From positions 10,602,001 to 10,666,000 of the forward strand of contig OZ176054.1 of the NCBI GenBank assembly GCA_964247055.1: a DNA stretch of 64,000 nucleotides. Reading direction: 5' to 3'. The notes under the pieces are model-generated. The model did no database searches. It was given only the letters and a program-made list of their open reading frames with translations, and was not told the DNA's origin. This DNA is from Paragordius varius (lineage: Eukaryota > Animalia > Nematomorpha). Within the stretch, counting starts at the first letter, position 1; each line of letters opens with the position of its first letter. Below are positions 47,381 through 60,384 of this stretch, piece after piece. The position numbers and the translations under genes were made by a program.

Positions 47381-48987
47381 GGGAAACAATATTTAACCAC
47401 TGAACCACAAAAAAATGGATACTGAAATTGATTCCTTACGATTGTGTAAAAATTGCATTATATTTAATTATAAACTGTTTCAAATTTTGGGTCAGATACC
47501 CGGAAATATATATGTTTGTTATTGGAGCTTACGAGTATGTGACAAATATCTTTTTTGCAAGTATATCTAAAATCGCAAATTTAGTGAAAATTTTTTTATT
47601 GGTAAAGCTAAAGGCCTCAAACCAAAGTTAAAACCATTAATAAATATATATTAAATGTAAGCAAAATAAATTAATTTTTCTAAATAATTTTAATATATGC
47701 ATAAGGTATTTTGGCATGCCGAAAGGTAAAACAACTGATAAATATTTGAATAATAAAACACTTTTCTAAGTAAAATAATTTAAACATTAAATATTTCATC
47801 TTAATTTTTTATCAGACTAATCTAAGTTTTTTAAATCTAATTATTTACCTCAATAAAAAATTTCTCATAATAAATTTTTAGGCATATATTATTATAGCAT
47901 TCAATTATGGACAAAAGGAGATTTTAATATTTATAGAGGGTATATGATATTACCGTTTCCAGCAACCATGTTACAGCTTAAAGTTATTATATCTAGTTTA
48001 ATTTAAATTTAATTTTAAATCACCATGTCGGATTTTTCGGCAATATTTTTAGCAGATTAGCTTATTTTTATGGGTAACTCATTATAATTAATTATAGAAT
48101 GTGTTTTAAATTATAATATCAAACTCTAAATTGAAACCTTTAGCTATAACTAAAAAAATAAAAAAATAAATATTTCTTTAATGACTCACAACCAAAACAA
48201 ACACCTGATCCTGATAGTTTTATTCCAATATGCATACACATATATATATACTGCGCGAAATCGGATACAAAAATACCTAATAAAAGATTTATATTCTGAT
48301 AGATTAATTTATCAGAATCATGGCCCTAGTTCTGACCCTTATAAATGATTTAATAAAGTTTCCACTTTAGTAGTAAGTGCTGAAGATTTCGATTAGGATT
48401 TTCGTTCGTCTTTAAATTTAAATTAAATATAAATTGTATTTTTTACGAAATGCACCAAAATTCAATCAAACATTTTAGTTAAAATACCGAGGATGAATAT
48501 GTTCAGAATCCAAATCATATGCATAAAGTGCTTTTATATCATCTCTGATTTTATACCGTTTTTACCATGCTTATAGAACTCGCTTCACCAACATTCTATT
48601 ATAAAATAATTTTTAAACAAATATTCATTTTCTCGGAAAAAACTTTTTTTGATGTCAAAATTTAGCTTTTAAAATTTTGATGCTTGTTCCCTCTCCCCTT
48701 GCCTTTATTTTGAGAGGACTTGCCCATTTTTACGATTTTAAAATTTGACAATTTCGGAGCCCACATCTAAAATTTAAATTTTTTAAAAAAATATTGCTTT
48801 TTATATTGATATTTTTTAAAATCAAGCGTTTGGCTTTCTCCAAAAATCATATAGCAAAATTTGAAATTCTGTCTTTTTAAGATATGGAGCAGCCACCATA
48901 AAGGTGTAAATATTGAATAACTCGTTATAACCAAGCACCTTGATATTAATTTTCCTAGAAAAACATTTTTCAGGATATTTTTTGTGG

Positions 48988-50712
48988 TCACAGTATATCT
49001 TCATTCGAATATTTGGGTTCGATGTCTATTTTTAATAAGAACTTATCAAAGTTTATAAAAAGCTCATAACATAGTAAGCTATCGAACCATTTTCTTTTGG
49101 AAAAACGCTATAAATCAAAAAAAAACTTATCAAATATTTTACGATATAAACAAGAAAATTTACTTTGCACCAAAGTTTGTGAGCGACAGATCAGTCAATG
49201 ATTTTCGGGAATGAAGGAATAAATATTTAAAAGCTGAAAAACTGAGATTAGGGGCATTTTTTAGTGCTAAACCCTGAATATTTTGGCACCTATTACATAA
49301 TTTGGTTAAGGCGTTATCAGTGAATTGCGGAATATAGTTTAAACTAAGTTCTTTAAGATATTTGAATTCACCCATTTGACAAAACCCCTTCTCCGTTATA
49401 TTGGGTAAATGACTCAGAGATAATACCATAATTAACTTGCAATTGATTACTAAGGAGCTTATCGTTTGATCGGTTATCCAAAAGCAATGACTTAACTCCA
49501 AATGTTTCAAATAGTAAAAACATTCTGACACATAACATATGCCAGTATCCACGAACCACCAATCTTTAAGAGCTTCTTTGCACTCATCTTCATCGTGAGC
49601 AGAGGTTTGGCTTGCAACTAAATTATTTTCAAGAGGATTTGACTCTGTGTCTACACTTATAACGTCCCTACATTCCTCTGCAGTTCGTTCGTGAATCGAT
49701 AGAGCCAAATAATATATATTGATAGGGCAATGATTAACTATCAGTAAGGCAATGTTATCACTATCGTTATTTTTAAAAGGTTTAGGTAAAGTGGATTTCT
49801 GATGTCCAGATTGAATTACATCACTCTCATGCCTTAAATCATCTTTTGCTTCACTATCGGGTGCAATCTCAGGTTTAGTGGCTAAATCATAATTTTTTAC
49901 CTTATTTTTGGAGTCTATATTTGAATGTTTCTTATCCTCCTTGTTAGGGGTAGATTGAGGGGAGGAGGTATTTGAATCAGTATTAGTGATTGGTTCCAAA
50001 ATTTGATTTTCATAGAAGCGACCTACGACAGGCTGTGTAACACCAAAACTTTGTAGGGCAGGAAATCGGAATTCGAAATGCCTTAGTTCATGGCAATTAT
50101 CGAGGGCACGTATGATGCGTTTGCTCACTAATGGGCAAGTATCAATAACAAGTTTTTTGAGTTGGTGACAATGTACCAGGAGTTTGGATAATTCGGTATC
50201 CGTTATGTAAAGATGACCAATTTCTAGCACCATCATATCCGTATTAAAATATTCCAAAAGTTCCAAAAATCGATGGCGATTAACTACATGCGTGTTATCA
50301 AACACATAGGAAATGGCGGTACTTTGATGCTTGATCATTGCATACTATATAAACCGAGAATAAATAATCCGTATCTTAATACTAAGATTGAATAATATAA
50401 CTACAAGAAATGTTGAAATATGTAATTCCTCCAAATAATTTAAAATAATAAATTAAACAGTAAAGAGTGAATTGGACAGCCAATGGTATAATAATTACAT
50501 AAATAACTTTTTTAAAAAAATTATGGGACAATGATAATCAAATTCATATTTTTGCATAACTAACAAAAAGTAATCATTTTTTTTGGTTAAAGATAGATAA
50601 TTACCTTAATATGATCGAATTTATGACCATATTTAAATTTTAGTTCCAACAAACCTTCGAATTCTTCGGATGTCGAATAAAATGGTACTTGACTAGTCTC
50701 CTTTACATCCAT
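48988..50712 (-). CDS. Cysteine-containing leucine-rich-repeat protein (FBXL/AMN1-like)
   Basis: Main exon about 50344-49163 with LRR units LKKLVIDTCPLVS, LKHLELSHCFWITDQTI, LSLSHLPNITEKG, LKELSLNYIPQFTDNAL and IQGLALKNAPNLS. Probable first exon 50712-50605; possible short last exon ending at TGA 48990-48988. No F-box recognised. Confidence 0.75.
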
Positions 50713-52234
50713 AATTGAACAATGATATATTTTTTGGTTTTCAAATTTTATCTTTCAATCATTTATTTATGTCTTTCTTATTTTAACTTTGAGGTATGCA
50801 CATGGATAAAAATATTTATATTGTAATGTTAAACAATAAAAATAACTGTTTTTAACCATCTTCATATATATAGATATATGCATAGCATAATAACCTGTAT
50901 TTTCTGTTCATTATTGAAAATAATAAAAATAAAATAATAAAAGGAGTTTATAATCTATATTTATAATTGGATTGGGATAATTTCTATTTTCATATTGTTA
51001 GTTAATAGGTGAATTAACAACATAATTATTTATATAATAAAGGTTGGTTGGTTGGCTGGTTGGCACAGAAGAGAAGCAGCAGCGGTGATATAAAACAGAG
51101 ACAAAAAATTTTTATCGCAAAAATTGTGTGATTGCTTAAACTCAAATTGTTTCTATAACGACAAAATATATAATTAGTATTACCGTTTTATGCATAAAAA
51201 AATCTAAATTAAATTCTATATTCAACAGCACTGTTTTATTGTGCACACATATTTAGTCTTTATACTGCAAAAAAAGCGCAAAAGACATTTTATAATGTAT
51301 AATAGATAAAACATGTATGTATTACGCCACAATATTAGGCAATTTTATACCACAACTTTATTGTATAAATATACCAAAAAAATATGGCAAATGTAATTTC
51401 CATCAATGCCAATCGTAATATCAAAATGACCATTAGCTTAATTATTTAACCATATTTTTCTGGTTCGCATAAAAAACTATTATTGATTTTTGATGAAGTA
51501 TATAACATTTCCGTTTGTCTCAATCCAATAGTTTAATACTTTCACATTTGTCATAACACATATTAGATTTTTTTTTATATTATAGATTTTTTTCATCATT
51601 GTCTGCCCAGAGAAGGTGAGTGTGAAAGCTTATTTCATGAGTTTTCAATGCAATTTAAGTCCTTATTTTCTGTTATAATGAGTTCTTACACACAATAATA
51701 TTTATAAATGCTAGTATATGGTAATTTAACTGTCGAAAAACTCAAGGAGGGAAAATAACAATGGACCGCAGTGATGTAGCATTTTTTGCTAAAGACTTTT
51801 ACCAACAAGATTAATTACACATCTCATAGCATCAAAATATGGAGATCAATAATGATTTTCACACGAATAACGGGTAATAATAATTGTGGATTTTTTTATA
51901 AAGCAAAGGTTTTTTTGAAATGAGGGTAAATCACATTGCAGAGTTTTTGATAGAAAGGTTATGCCAATTAAATAGCCTTTTAACCATCAGTCTATATTGC
52001 GCAAAACCAATATTATTAAAAAGTATGGATAAAAATATTAAATCATTTTCCATTTTAATTACATTTAATAGAGGTCAAACTAGAGCTTGAGATTTTTGGT
52101 TGGTTTAAAGCAAAAAATTATTGAGCATTTTGATGCCATTTGGACATTGATCCCGTTTTTGGACATAAAACTTCCCAAATTTGAAAACTGAGTCATTATT
52201 TTCTTTATTTGATTGAGTGAAAGTGTTTACTATA

Positions 52235-52480
52235 TATACCATTTACACTTTAAATTCACCCTAAAATAAATTATGTGTTTTTGAAATTAAAAATTACCGA
52301 TATATTTTTATATTGTTAAAAAGTGAAGTTTTGTTAAATTAAAATTATACTGAAAAATAAATAAACTAATAAAGACATATCTCATATTAATTATGAGTTA
52401 TATTAGCCCGAAAATATATAATTTATTTTTAGGGTGAATTTGAAATTGTTCAAGGGGGAATTTAAATTGTAAATGGTATA
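52235..52480. mobile_element. MITE family A copy (intergenic)
   Basis: TATACCATTTACAC...AAATTGTAAATGGTATA. Confidence 0.9.
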
Positions 52481-52889
52481 TATTAAATGTTTTGAAAAAA
52501 ATATACGCTACTTCCGCTTTGATGCGAATAGTAAAAAATTTATGGTTACATAATCCTTAATTACCATTTGTACGCGGGCAAACACTTTAAATATATAGTA
52601 AATCCTAATCGATAATATTTTGTATTTAGTTTTATCCTTATGGTAAATATTAACAAATTAAAGTTTTGACGCGTTTTTCTCCATCGTATCTAAGTTTATT
52701 CGACTTTAATGTGCGGCAAAAATATGATTTTATGATTTTGACAAATTGCAGAAAATTAAAATAACTTTTTTGTTAACGTGATAACCGAATTTTTTGTCAT
52801 AATTCTTCAGATTTTAGCTATGGAATGATTGATATATGATCAATAAATGCAGTATTCTTAATGCGTCCCGTGTGTCATACATGCATATA

Positions 52890-55552
52890 CACTGTGTGCA
52901 AAAAAGAGGGTCATTTTGATTTAACGAAAAATTTTCTTTTCATGAGATAGATTATGACCAGCGTATTCATTTGTCGCAAAAGTTTTTATTTGTTGACAAC
53001 CTAGTTTTTGAAATATTGAGAGAAAATCGAAATCGGGCAAAAAGTGAAAATTAAGTATAATTAGGATAATTCAAAAAATAATGATAAAATCTGAAATATT
53101 ATCGTTTATTATCATTTTAAGAGATATTTTCGATATATAAATAGCCTAGAATCATATAGTTAGGGTTTCTTTAAAATTTCAGGTCAAAAGATGGCGTTTT
53201 TCTTTTATCACACTTAAAAGACAAAAAAATTTAATGAAACTATATTAAAATAATTTTTTTTTAATTATTTACTACCTAAAATCACTATTAAAATCTCAAC
53301 ATTCATATTTTATTCAGTAAAATAAACTTCTAAATTAAAATAAAACCACAAATTGTTTTTTTATTTTTGCATTTTTTTGTCATCTGGTTTAAGAGCATAT
53401 AAAAAATTTATACTGTTTTATTTTGGATTCTTACATGATTAGGAATTATCAAGTTAATTTATGCAAAATAGGATTTAAAAGTATTGGAATATCAACCAAC
53501 AATCCTTACAATTTCCTGTAAGTCTGTTTTATGACAAATTAATATTTGTATTGGGATTTGTACGGATTGTTGGTTGATATTCCACTAAATTTCAATCCTA
53601 TTTTGCATAAATTATATGCTTAATAATCCCATCATTTAAGAATCCAAAATAAAACAGTATAAATTTTTTATACACTCATAAACCAGATGACAAAAAAATG
53701 CAAAAATAAAAAAACAATATTTTTGGTTTTATTTTGATTTTGAAGTTTATTTTACTGAATAAAATATGAATGTTAATATTTTAATAGTGATTTCAGGTAG
53801 TAAATAATTAAAAAAAATTATTTTAATAAAGTTTCATTAATTTTCTTTGTCTTTTAAGTGCGATAAAAGAAAAACGACATTATTCGATCTGAAAGTTTAT
53901 ATGATTTTAGGCCAGTGGTACTCACCAAAAAATTTTGACGGGCCAAATAAAATATATTTTTTTTCGAGGGCCATAAACCTTATAATCGCAAATATTTCAT
54001 AGCTATTTGACACATATGCACATATTTATACACTAAATCAGCACAATAAATTTTTTACAGATCGCATTTAAATCTAGCTAAAAACTCGTTTTGCACCATT
54101 TAGTTTAAAAAATTATTAATTTTGTAACAACATTTATTATGATATTAACCAATAATTTTTGACAAATTTGGTCTCGCCTCATGACAGGTCAGTCTTAATA
54201 CGTCGTCCGTATGAGCATCGGGTAAGCGATTTCTGTATGTATTCTTGACATACTTCATTTATGAATATGCCGTCACAACCATGTAAGTTGAGGGAAAAAC
54301 ATAGGATAACTTGAGCAAATTGGGATCATTTCTAAAATCTACGAATTTATTAATGATATGCGCTGAAAACCGAAATGCTCAAGTTGCCTAATATTATATC
54401 CAAAAGCCATGGATTTTCAACGAGTTTAATGCAATTTTTAATATTTCTTTATTCTTAAAATCTGAATCTTCACCTCATTATATAAAAATGTTAAATGGTT
54501 GTCTATTGTTAAATTAATCTCCGCGGTAAATTCCATATTTTCTTCATGAATCGTTTTGATTGTTGAAATATTTCTGTGACATAGAAGATTTTTCTTTCGA
54601 GTATAATTCCTTATTTTATATTTTTTCTTTCCTCATGATTTTCTGATGGATTGAATGTCTTTCAACTTTGTAGTTTTTATGATTATGTTGTCCTTACATA
54701 TATGGCAGGTAACAACATTTTTATTTAAAACGACATTTTTTTCCATTCATTTTTAAGGGAGCGATTTTCATCGGATGATTTACGTTTTTTAGCATTAGAT
54801 GTCGTCATTTATGTTTAAATATTATGTAAATTTTCTCAAAAAAATAGAAAAATAATTTGAATTATGCTATAAAAAATCAGGTCGAAATTCAATGATGTTG
54901 ATTTGAAAAATATTTTATGGGGATGAGTTATATAAAATGATGCAGGATAGCAATGAAAAGAATATGTATATGCAAGTTTGGGTAAAAGGCTTGCTTAAAC
55001 ACAAAATAGGAATGCAATAAAAATTTCAAAATAGAAAAAAAATAGAATACAGAAACAGATACAACGTGTGCCAAAATTTTGAAATCATTTTAATTTAGGG
55101 AAATTTTTCTTCATTTCAAATTGGGCAAAAAATAAAAATTGCCAAAATTAAATCTAAAGAAATAAATTAATATTAAAATAAGCGAAAATTCGTTTATGTA
55201 TATTTTAAAAATTCATCAATAAAAAACAAAAGTATCAATATGGTCAGAGGGCAATTTTAAAGCACTCTTAGGGCCGAATGCATCCCGCGGGCCGCGGTTT
55301 GAGTACCACTGTTTTAGGCTATTTATATATTGAAAATACATCCTAAAATGTGATAAACAATAATATTTCAGATTTTATCATTATTTTTTGAATTATCCTT
55401 AATTTTCACTTTTTGCCCGATTTCTATTTTCTCTCAATATTTCAAAAACTAGGTTGTCAACAAATAAAAATTTTTGCGGAAAATGAATACGCTGGTCATA
55501 AGCTATCTCATGAAAAAAAAATTTTTCGTTAAAATTTTTTTTGCACACAGTA
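52890..55552. mobile_element. ~1.26-kb foldback (almost fully palindromic) TA-flanked element, interrupted by a hAT
   Basis: TA|CACTGTGTGCAAAAAA ... TTTTTTGCACACAGTA|TA; left arm 52890-53517 mirrors 53550-53912 plus 55320-55552. Confidence 0.85.
53913..55311 (-). mobile_element. Internally deleted SPIN/GTF2IRD2-like hAT transposon
   Basis: TIRs CAGTGGTACTCA / TGAGTACCACTG; exact 8-bp TSD TTTTAGGC (53905-53912, 55312-55319). Minus-strand remnants: KKRKSSDENRSLKNEW..TCHICK (N-terminus) and FPSTY..MKYVKNTYRNRLPDAHTDDVLRL (C-terminus). Confidence 0.9.
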
Positions 55553-57499
55553 TATATATATATATATATATATAAATATTGTTTGGTCATTTTAAATATG
55601 TGGTAGACGGTTTTTGAGTATATCATGTTTTGAGCGGTTTTAGCAATATTAAATATTTTTAATATAATCAAAAACTGCGCTTATTATTGGCTTCGCTTAT
55701 AGAATAATATTTTTCATTTTGCAATATTACTATAAAAATCTTGGAAGCATTTGAAATGACTTTATAAGAGGTAATTGTTACATATTTGAAGTAGTTTTTC
55801 ACCCAGCGAAATAAATTTGAATATCATAAAAATATTTGCATTTGATGTAAAAAAAGGGGTTGAGCGAAAATAATTACAATTATTGGCTATAAAGCGGTTA
55901 TTTTGACCCGAAAAATATTAAAATTTCCGTTGGTGTTTCGTTTAATTTTTTAAAGATGTTCTTTTGGAAGAAACGTTATAGCTGTATACCGTATTTTTGA
56001 AAAATATTTTTTTTAATTACCATTGGATATTCAACTGCATTCCGAGTGATTTTAATTAAATTACATTTTTAAATTTAATGGATTTTCTTATGCAAAAATA
56101 TAATAGCAAAACTCCCGTATTACCTCTATAAATTTAAATTAATTTTTAGTACTTTTTACGAAAATAATGACTTCTATTTAATTATAAAAGGACCTAAGCT
56201 CTGAAAAGCAAAATTTATTTACTTGACCAAAATTCCTATTAATATTCTTAATATGCAGAGTAAGACAGGTACATTTTAATTAAATTAATTTATGTTTCTA
56301 GATTATTCAGAACCACTCATTCATTTATATAAATTTAAAAAAATCATAGATAATTAGATCGGCAATTTTTAGTTTCACTGAGGACAGAATTTAATTTTAA
56401 TTAAATGAAAAATCATTTTGAAAAATCCTAATTATTTTTAGCAATTAATTATAAAATAATTTGTAAATGTTAATTAGATGTAAATAGAACCCTTTTTATA
56501 AAGTCTCCAAGATAATTAACTCATCAAAAAACAAATATGAGTAATGATAACTAGAAGTGAAAAGCTATTTAAATTATTTTCATTATTACAATGGGTTCTC
56601 AGTTGTCTAGCAATATAATTTTCTGACTTTTTTGTTGTTTATTAGTAAAAAAATAAAACTCATTTTATAGAATGTCTTCTTGAACTATATAATAGAAATT
56701 ATATTTTAACAATTTTTGGCGTCGCTTTATTTCAACCTAAATCTTTAGCAATCTGATAATCTATAATGGTGTATTTTTCAGAGGATGGAGCCTAAATTAT
56801 TTAAAAAGCATTTTCATTGCATTGATATGAATGGTTAAAATCCAAATTAAGTCTTAATATCTCATATTTTCCGATAATATGTTCAAAGCTACGCTTTTTT
56901 GTATGCAGGAATTGGTGCCCCCTATTAAACTGCAAATTTCAAAAAAGTCAAGAGCTAAATAATTTGAGCATCGAAACCCTAAAATTATTAATTTCATGTA
57001 GCCTAATAAGTTGGGCGACCATTTGACTTATAATTTTTAGATACTTGAATTTTTTTTGGAAAAAAATCAATATACGGTGGTATATATAAATATAGGAGTT
57101 AAATTTAAAAAAAAATGGATTGACTAAGTTCCTCGCATTCGTAAAATTTTACTAAATTTTAACGGTAATCTTTTTTAAAAATGACTCGAACCCACGACTT
57201 TTAATATTCTTTTTAAAAAACTCCTATTTTATGGAAAGATTGACATAATGAGGCTTAATAAAAAAGTCACCTGATTAAAGTTGTTGCATTCATAAATGAA
57301 TGTGTTTTCCCTCTTAGAATTAAAATGAACACGTTTTGCTATAAATAATTTTTTTAACAAAATATGCTATATCAGAATCCAGGGTATATTCTTATCGCAC
57401 AATCTTGGCAATTTTGCGTTTAATAAACCAGGCCATTTTACTGGGGTCAAATGTTCACCTTTCGGAGCTCACCATAATTAAATTAAAATTATTGTTTAG

Positions 57500-58350
57500 C
57501 TAAATATATAATATACCATGTGTATTCATGAGTCTTTGGGTTTTTTTTGGTAAAGTGAATGAATGCCATGCCAGAAAAACTGATTGTCTTCTGCTGCAAT
57601 TGGTTACGGAAATTATTAAAGTGCTGCTCTGATAGGGGCGACATTGATGTGGAAAGTTATTATTTAGATGGCGCAAGTCGGGTATTAGACGCCATACATT
57701 TTTCCATGAAGCGATTTAAAGTATTTTCTTTGTGTGAAGGAGCCTTATCATGTAGCAAATATACCTTGGATATTCTAGCCCATTCCGGTCAATTTCGATT
57801 CATGATTACAATAAATCATTTAATGGTAATAGCGTTGTGTATTAAAGATTTACCGGTTTCATAATTTTATTATTCCCACCGTCTTAAAGTATGGTTTGGT
57901 GTTGTTAAACGTACTTGGACGATCTTTTCCCGCTTCACTTATCAATACTTGTCACTATTCGATGCCAAAATAATTTCCTTTCATGACGCTGCAGCAAGAT
58001 TTCATAATTCATTTTGCAATTTATAAGTTTCAGATGTGTGGGACCCATTTACGAAGTTTAATGATCTTTTCAATTGCATTTAGACGTTTATAGATTGTTT
58101 TTTGTCAAATGTACTACTTACTCGAATTTCCGCTAAACTAATGAATCATCATCCAATAAGACTTGCACTTGATCGTCTCCGCAGTTTAATAAACCAGGGT
58201 ACCCACCCTCTTTCACATTTATAAACCATGTTTCACATGTTTTAATCTATGGCATATGTTTGTACTAGCAAACAAAGACTTTCAACAGGCATTTTCTTAA
58301 AAAAGGGCAATGAGTGCCGCAAATTTCTTTTAAAGCACAAAATCCGATAA
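57500..58350 (-). pseudogene. Fossil mariner (Mos1-like) transposase
   Basis: Frameshifted remnants KTCETWF, LLDDDS, RKWVPH, FWHRIVTS, VYLLHDKAPSH, LAPS..EQHFNNF and FWHGIHSLP appear in canonical mariner order; TIRs not found. Confidence 0.85.
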
Positions 58351-60384
58351 GATTAATGAATAAAATTAAGATGCTAGTTTTTGGCGGACTCAAATTGTGT
58401 GTTTATCATTAATGAAAAATCACGTCTATGTCAAATTAATTATTGCTTACCTTTGGCACACATTTTGTAGTTAAACCGGTAATAACCTATGACTACACCT
58501 GGTATGCAATGATATTTTGGAAATGAAGTATGTATTGAGCCAAAAAATATAATTAGCATAATGTGCGTAAATGTTTTTGTTATTGGTTACTACCTGATTA
58601 TATCTTTTAAATAATATCTCATGGGGCCAAAAACCACCATGATAATCAAAATCATTTTTTCAGAAAATTCATATTTAATAATTTGTGTGCTTTGTATATA
58701 TAGCACACAATACTATAACCTAAAAAATAGATAAAAAATATCATAGATTTTTATGTGGCATTTAGTTTTGGCCCTTACGATAAATTTGTATTCGCCTTTA
58801 TGGTATTTGCTAATATCGAAAAATCGCAAAATTATATCATATTATGCTAAATAAAATTTTTAGATCCTAGATCTTTCATCAATAAAATATAATTAAAATA
58901 TATTATAAATTATATTTAGAATTTAAAACAATGTTATTAAATTTATTTTTTAAAATATAGCTACTAGAGTATCAAATTATTGGATCGTTGTATTTCATAG
59001 CAATTTTTGTCGTTTTGGTTCCAAAATTTTTCGCGAAATTCTGTGTTTCCTCGATTCTAGTTATATTCTGAAATTAACACATATGTTTCAAATAAAATAG
59101 ATCAGAAAATTAAATAATATGGTTAAAATTATATCGAAAATTTAAAAAAAATATTTTTAAGAATCAATTATTTTGAAACCACAACCGATTAAGTTTCTGT
59201 ACGCTTTGACAATATACATAATAAGCATAATGATTTAATGAACATAACTTAAATTATACAATAAATAAAGATTAAAAATGTGTAAAATTTGGTCGAGGAT
59301 AATATTAATTTGTAAGTAACTTTCATTAAAGTATATGTAAAAATTAGCAGATACAAATAGGGCATTGTTGAATGTGGCATTACTTGTTGGCATCAAAATA
59401 TCTGATATTTGAATACAACAATAATATACTACAGTAAAAATCAAAATAATAAAGCCAAAACATAAAAATAACACAAACAGTATTCTTTGATTTGAAATTA
59501 AATCTAATTGATTACAATTTTGAATATATAATAGATTGGTATTAGCAATTTACATCTGTATTTGCACGTTTAATAATCATTTGATCATCAATCAACAAAC
59601 CTGGTTCATAAATTTTGGTTGTCTTTTGCTTTTAATGTGTCTTTCTTTATATTTAATTTTAACAAAATATATGGCACATTTTAAAGATAATGATCGATTG
59701 ATTTATGGAATATTATTGATATATGAATTTTAATTTACTATGTGGATTAACTATTGATGATGGTAATAGTTAGTATGTGGTTTGATATATAGCCAATGAA
59801 AACATTAAATTATATAAAAATAAATTCTTGGAATGGATATAATAGACAAAATTTAAATATGTTTTTTTTTGCAAAATGGCTTTTGAAAAACCAATAAAAG
59901 ATTCATTAAACAGACTATATGTGTGACAAATGTGTGTGTAAGTAGAATTATACTAATTGTTCGTTTATTTTATAAAATAAAATATAAATTATTTATATCG
60001 TATTATCCAACATTATTTTCTAGGGTTTATGATTGTTAAACTGTAATACATATCACAATAAAATATATTTAAAGCTCATTTGATCCAGATAAATTTATAC
60101 AAACATTAAATGTAACTTTGAATTTGGCGGTATTTATCACTGAAGAAATGCATATCGAATTTATTATGAACAAATGTTTTGTTGAGTATATCCAAAGTAC
60201 TTTGGATTGTTCTGATTTCTTTTGATAATTGAAAGTAACTTTTTATTGTATTATTCATTCAAATATTTTTCTGACATAATTTGCTAGAATTCTGTGCATT
60301 CAACAACCTAAGATAACTGCTTTATCAAAAAAAACTAAACCTATAATCACCAAGCGGCCAAAACCCAGTTTGTAAAACTCTTAA

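Noticed and set aside
47290-47420. In-frame TGA at 47375-47373 between two open stretches (possible selenocysteine or read-through)
   Set aside because: An ordinary acceptor downstream (ctgtaag|ATT) explains the exon, and no SECIS was identified. All recognised genes decode with the standard code.
55399-55671. 90-aa ORF
   Set aside because: It runs through a (TA)n tract into the foldback element arm.
57180-57210. tRNA-like B-box (minus strand GTCGTGGGTTCGAGTC)
   Set aside because: There is no 5' half, acceptor stem or anticodon arm; at most a tRNA or SINE remnant.
57559-57864. Plus-strand 101-aa ORF
   Set aside because: It is the antisense shadow of the fossil mariner transposase.
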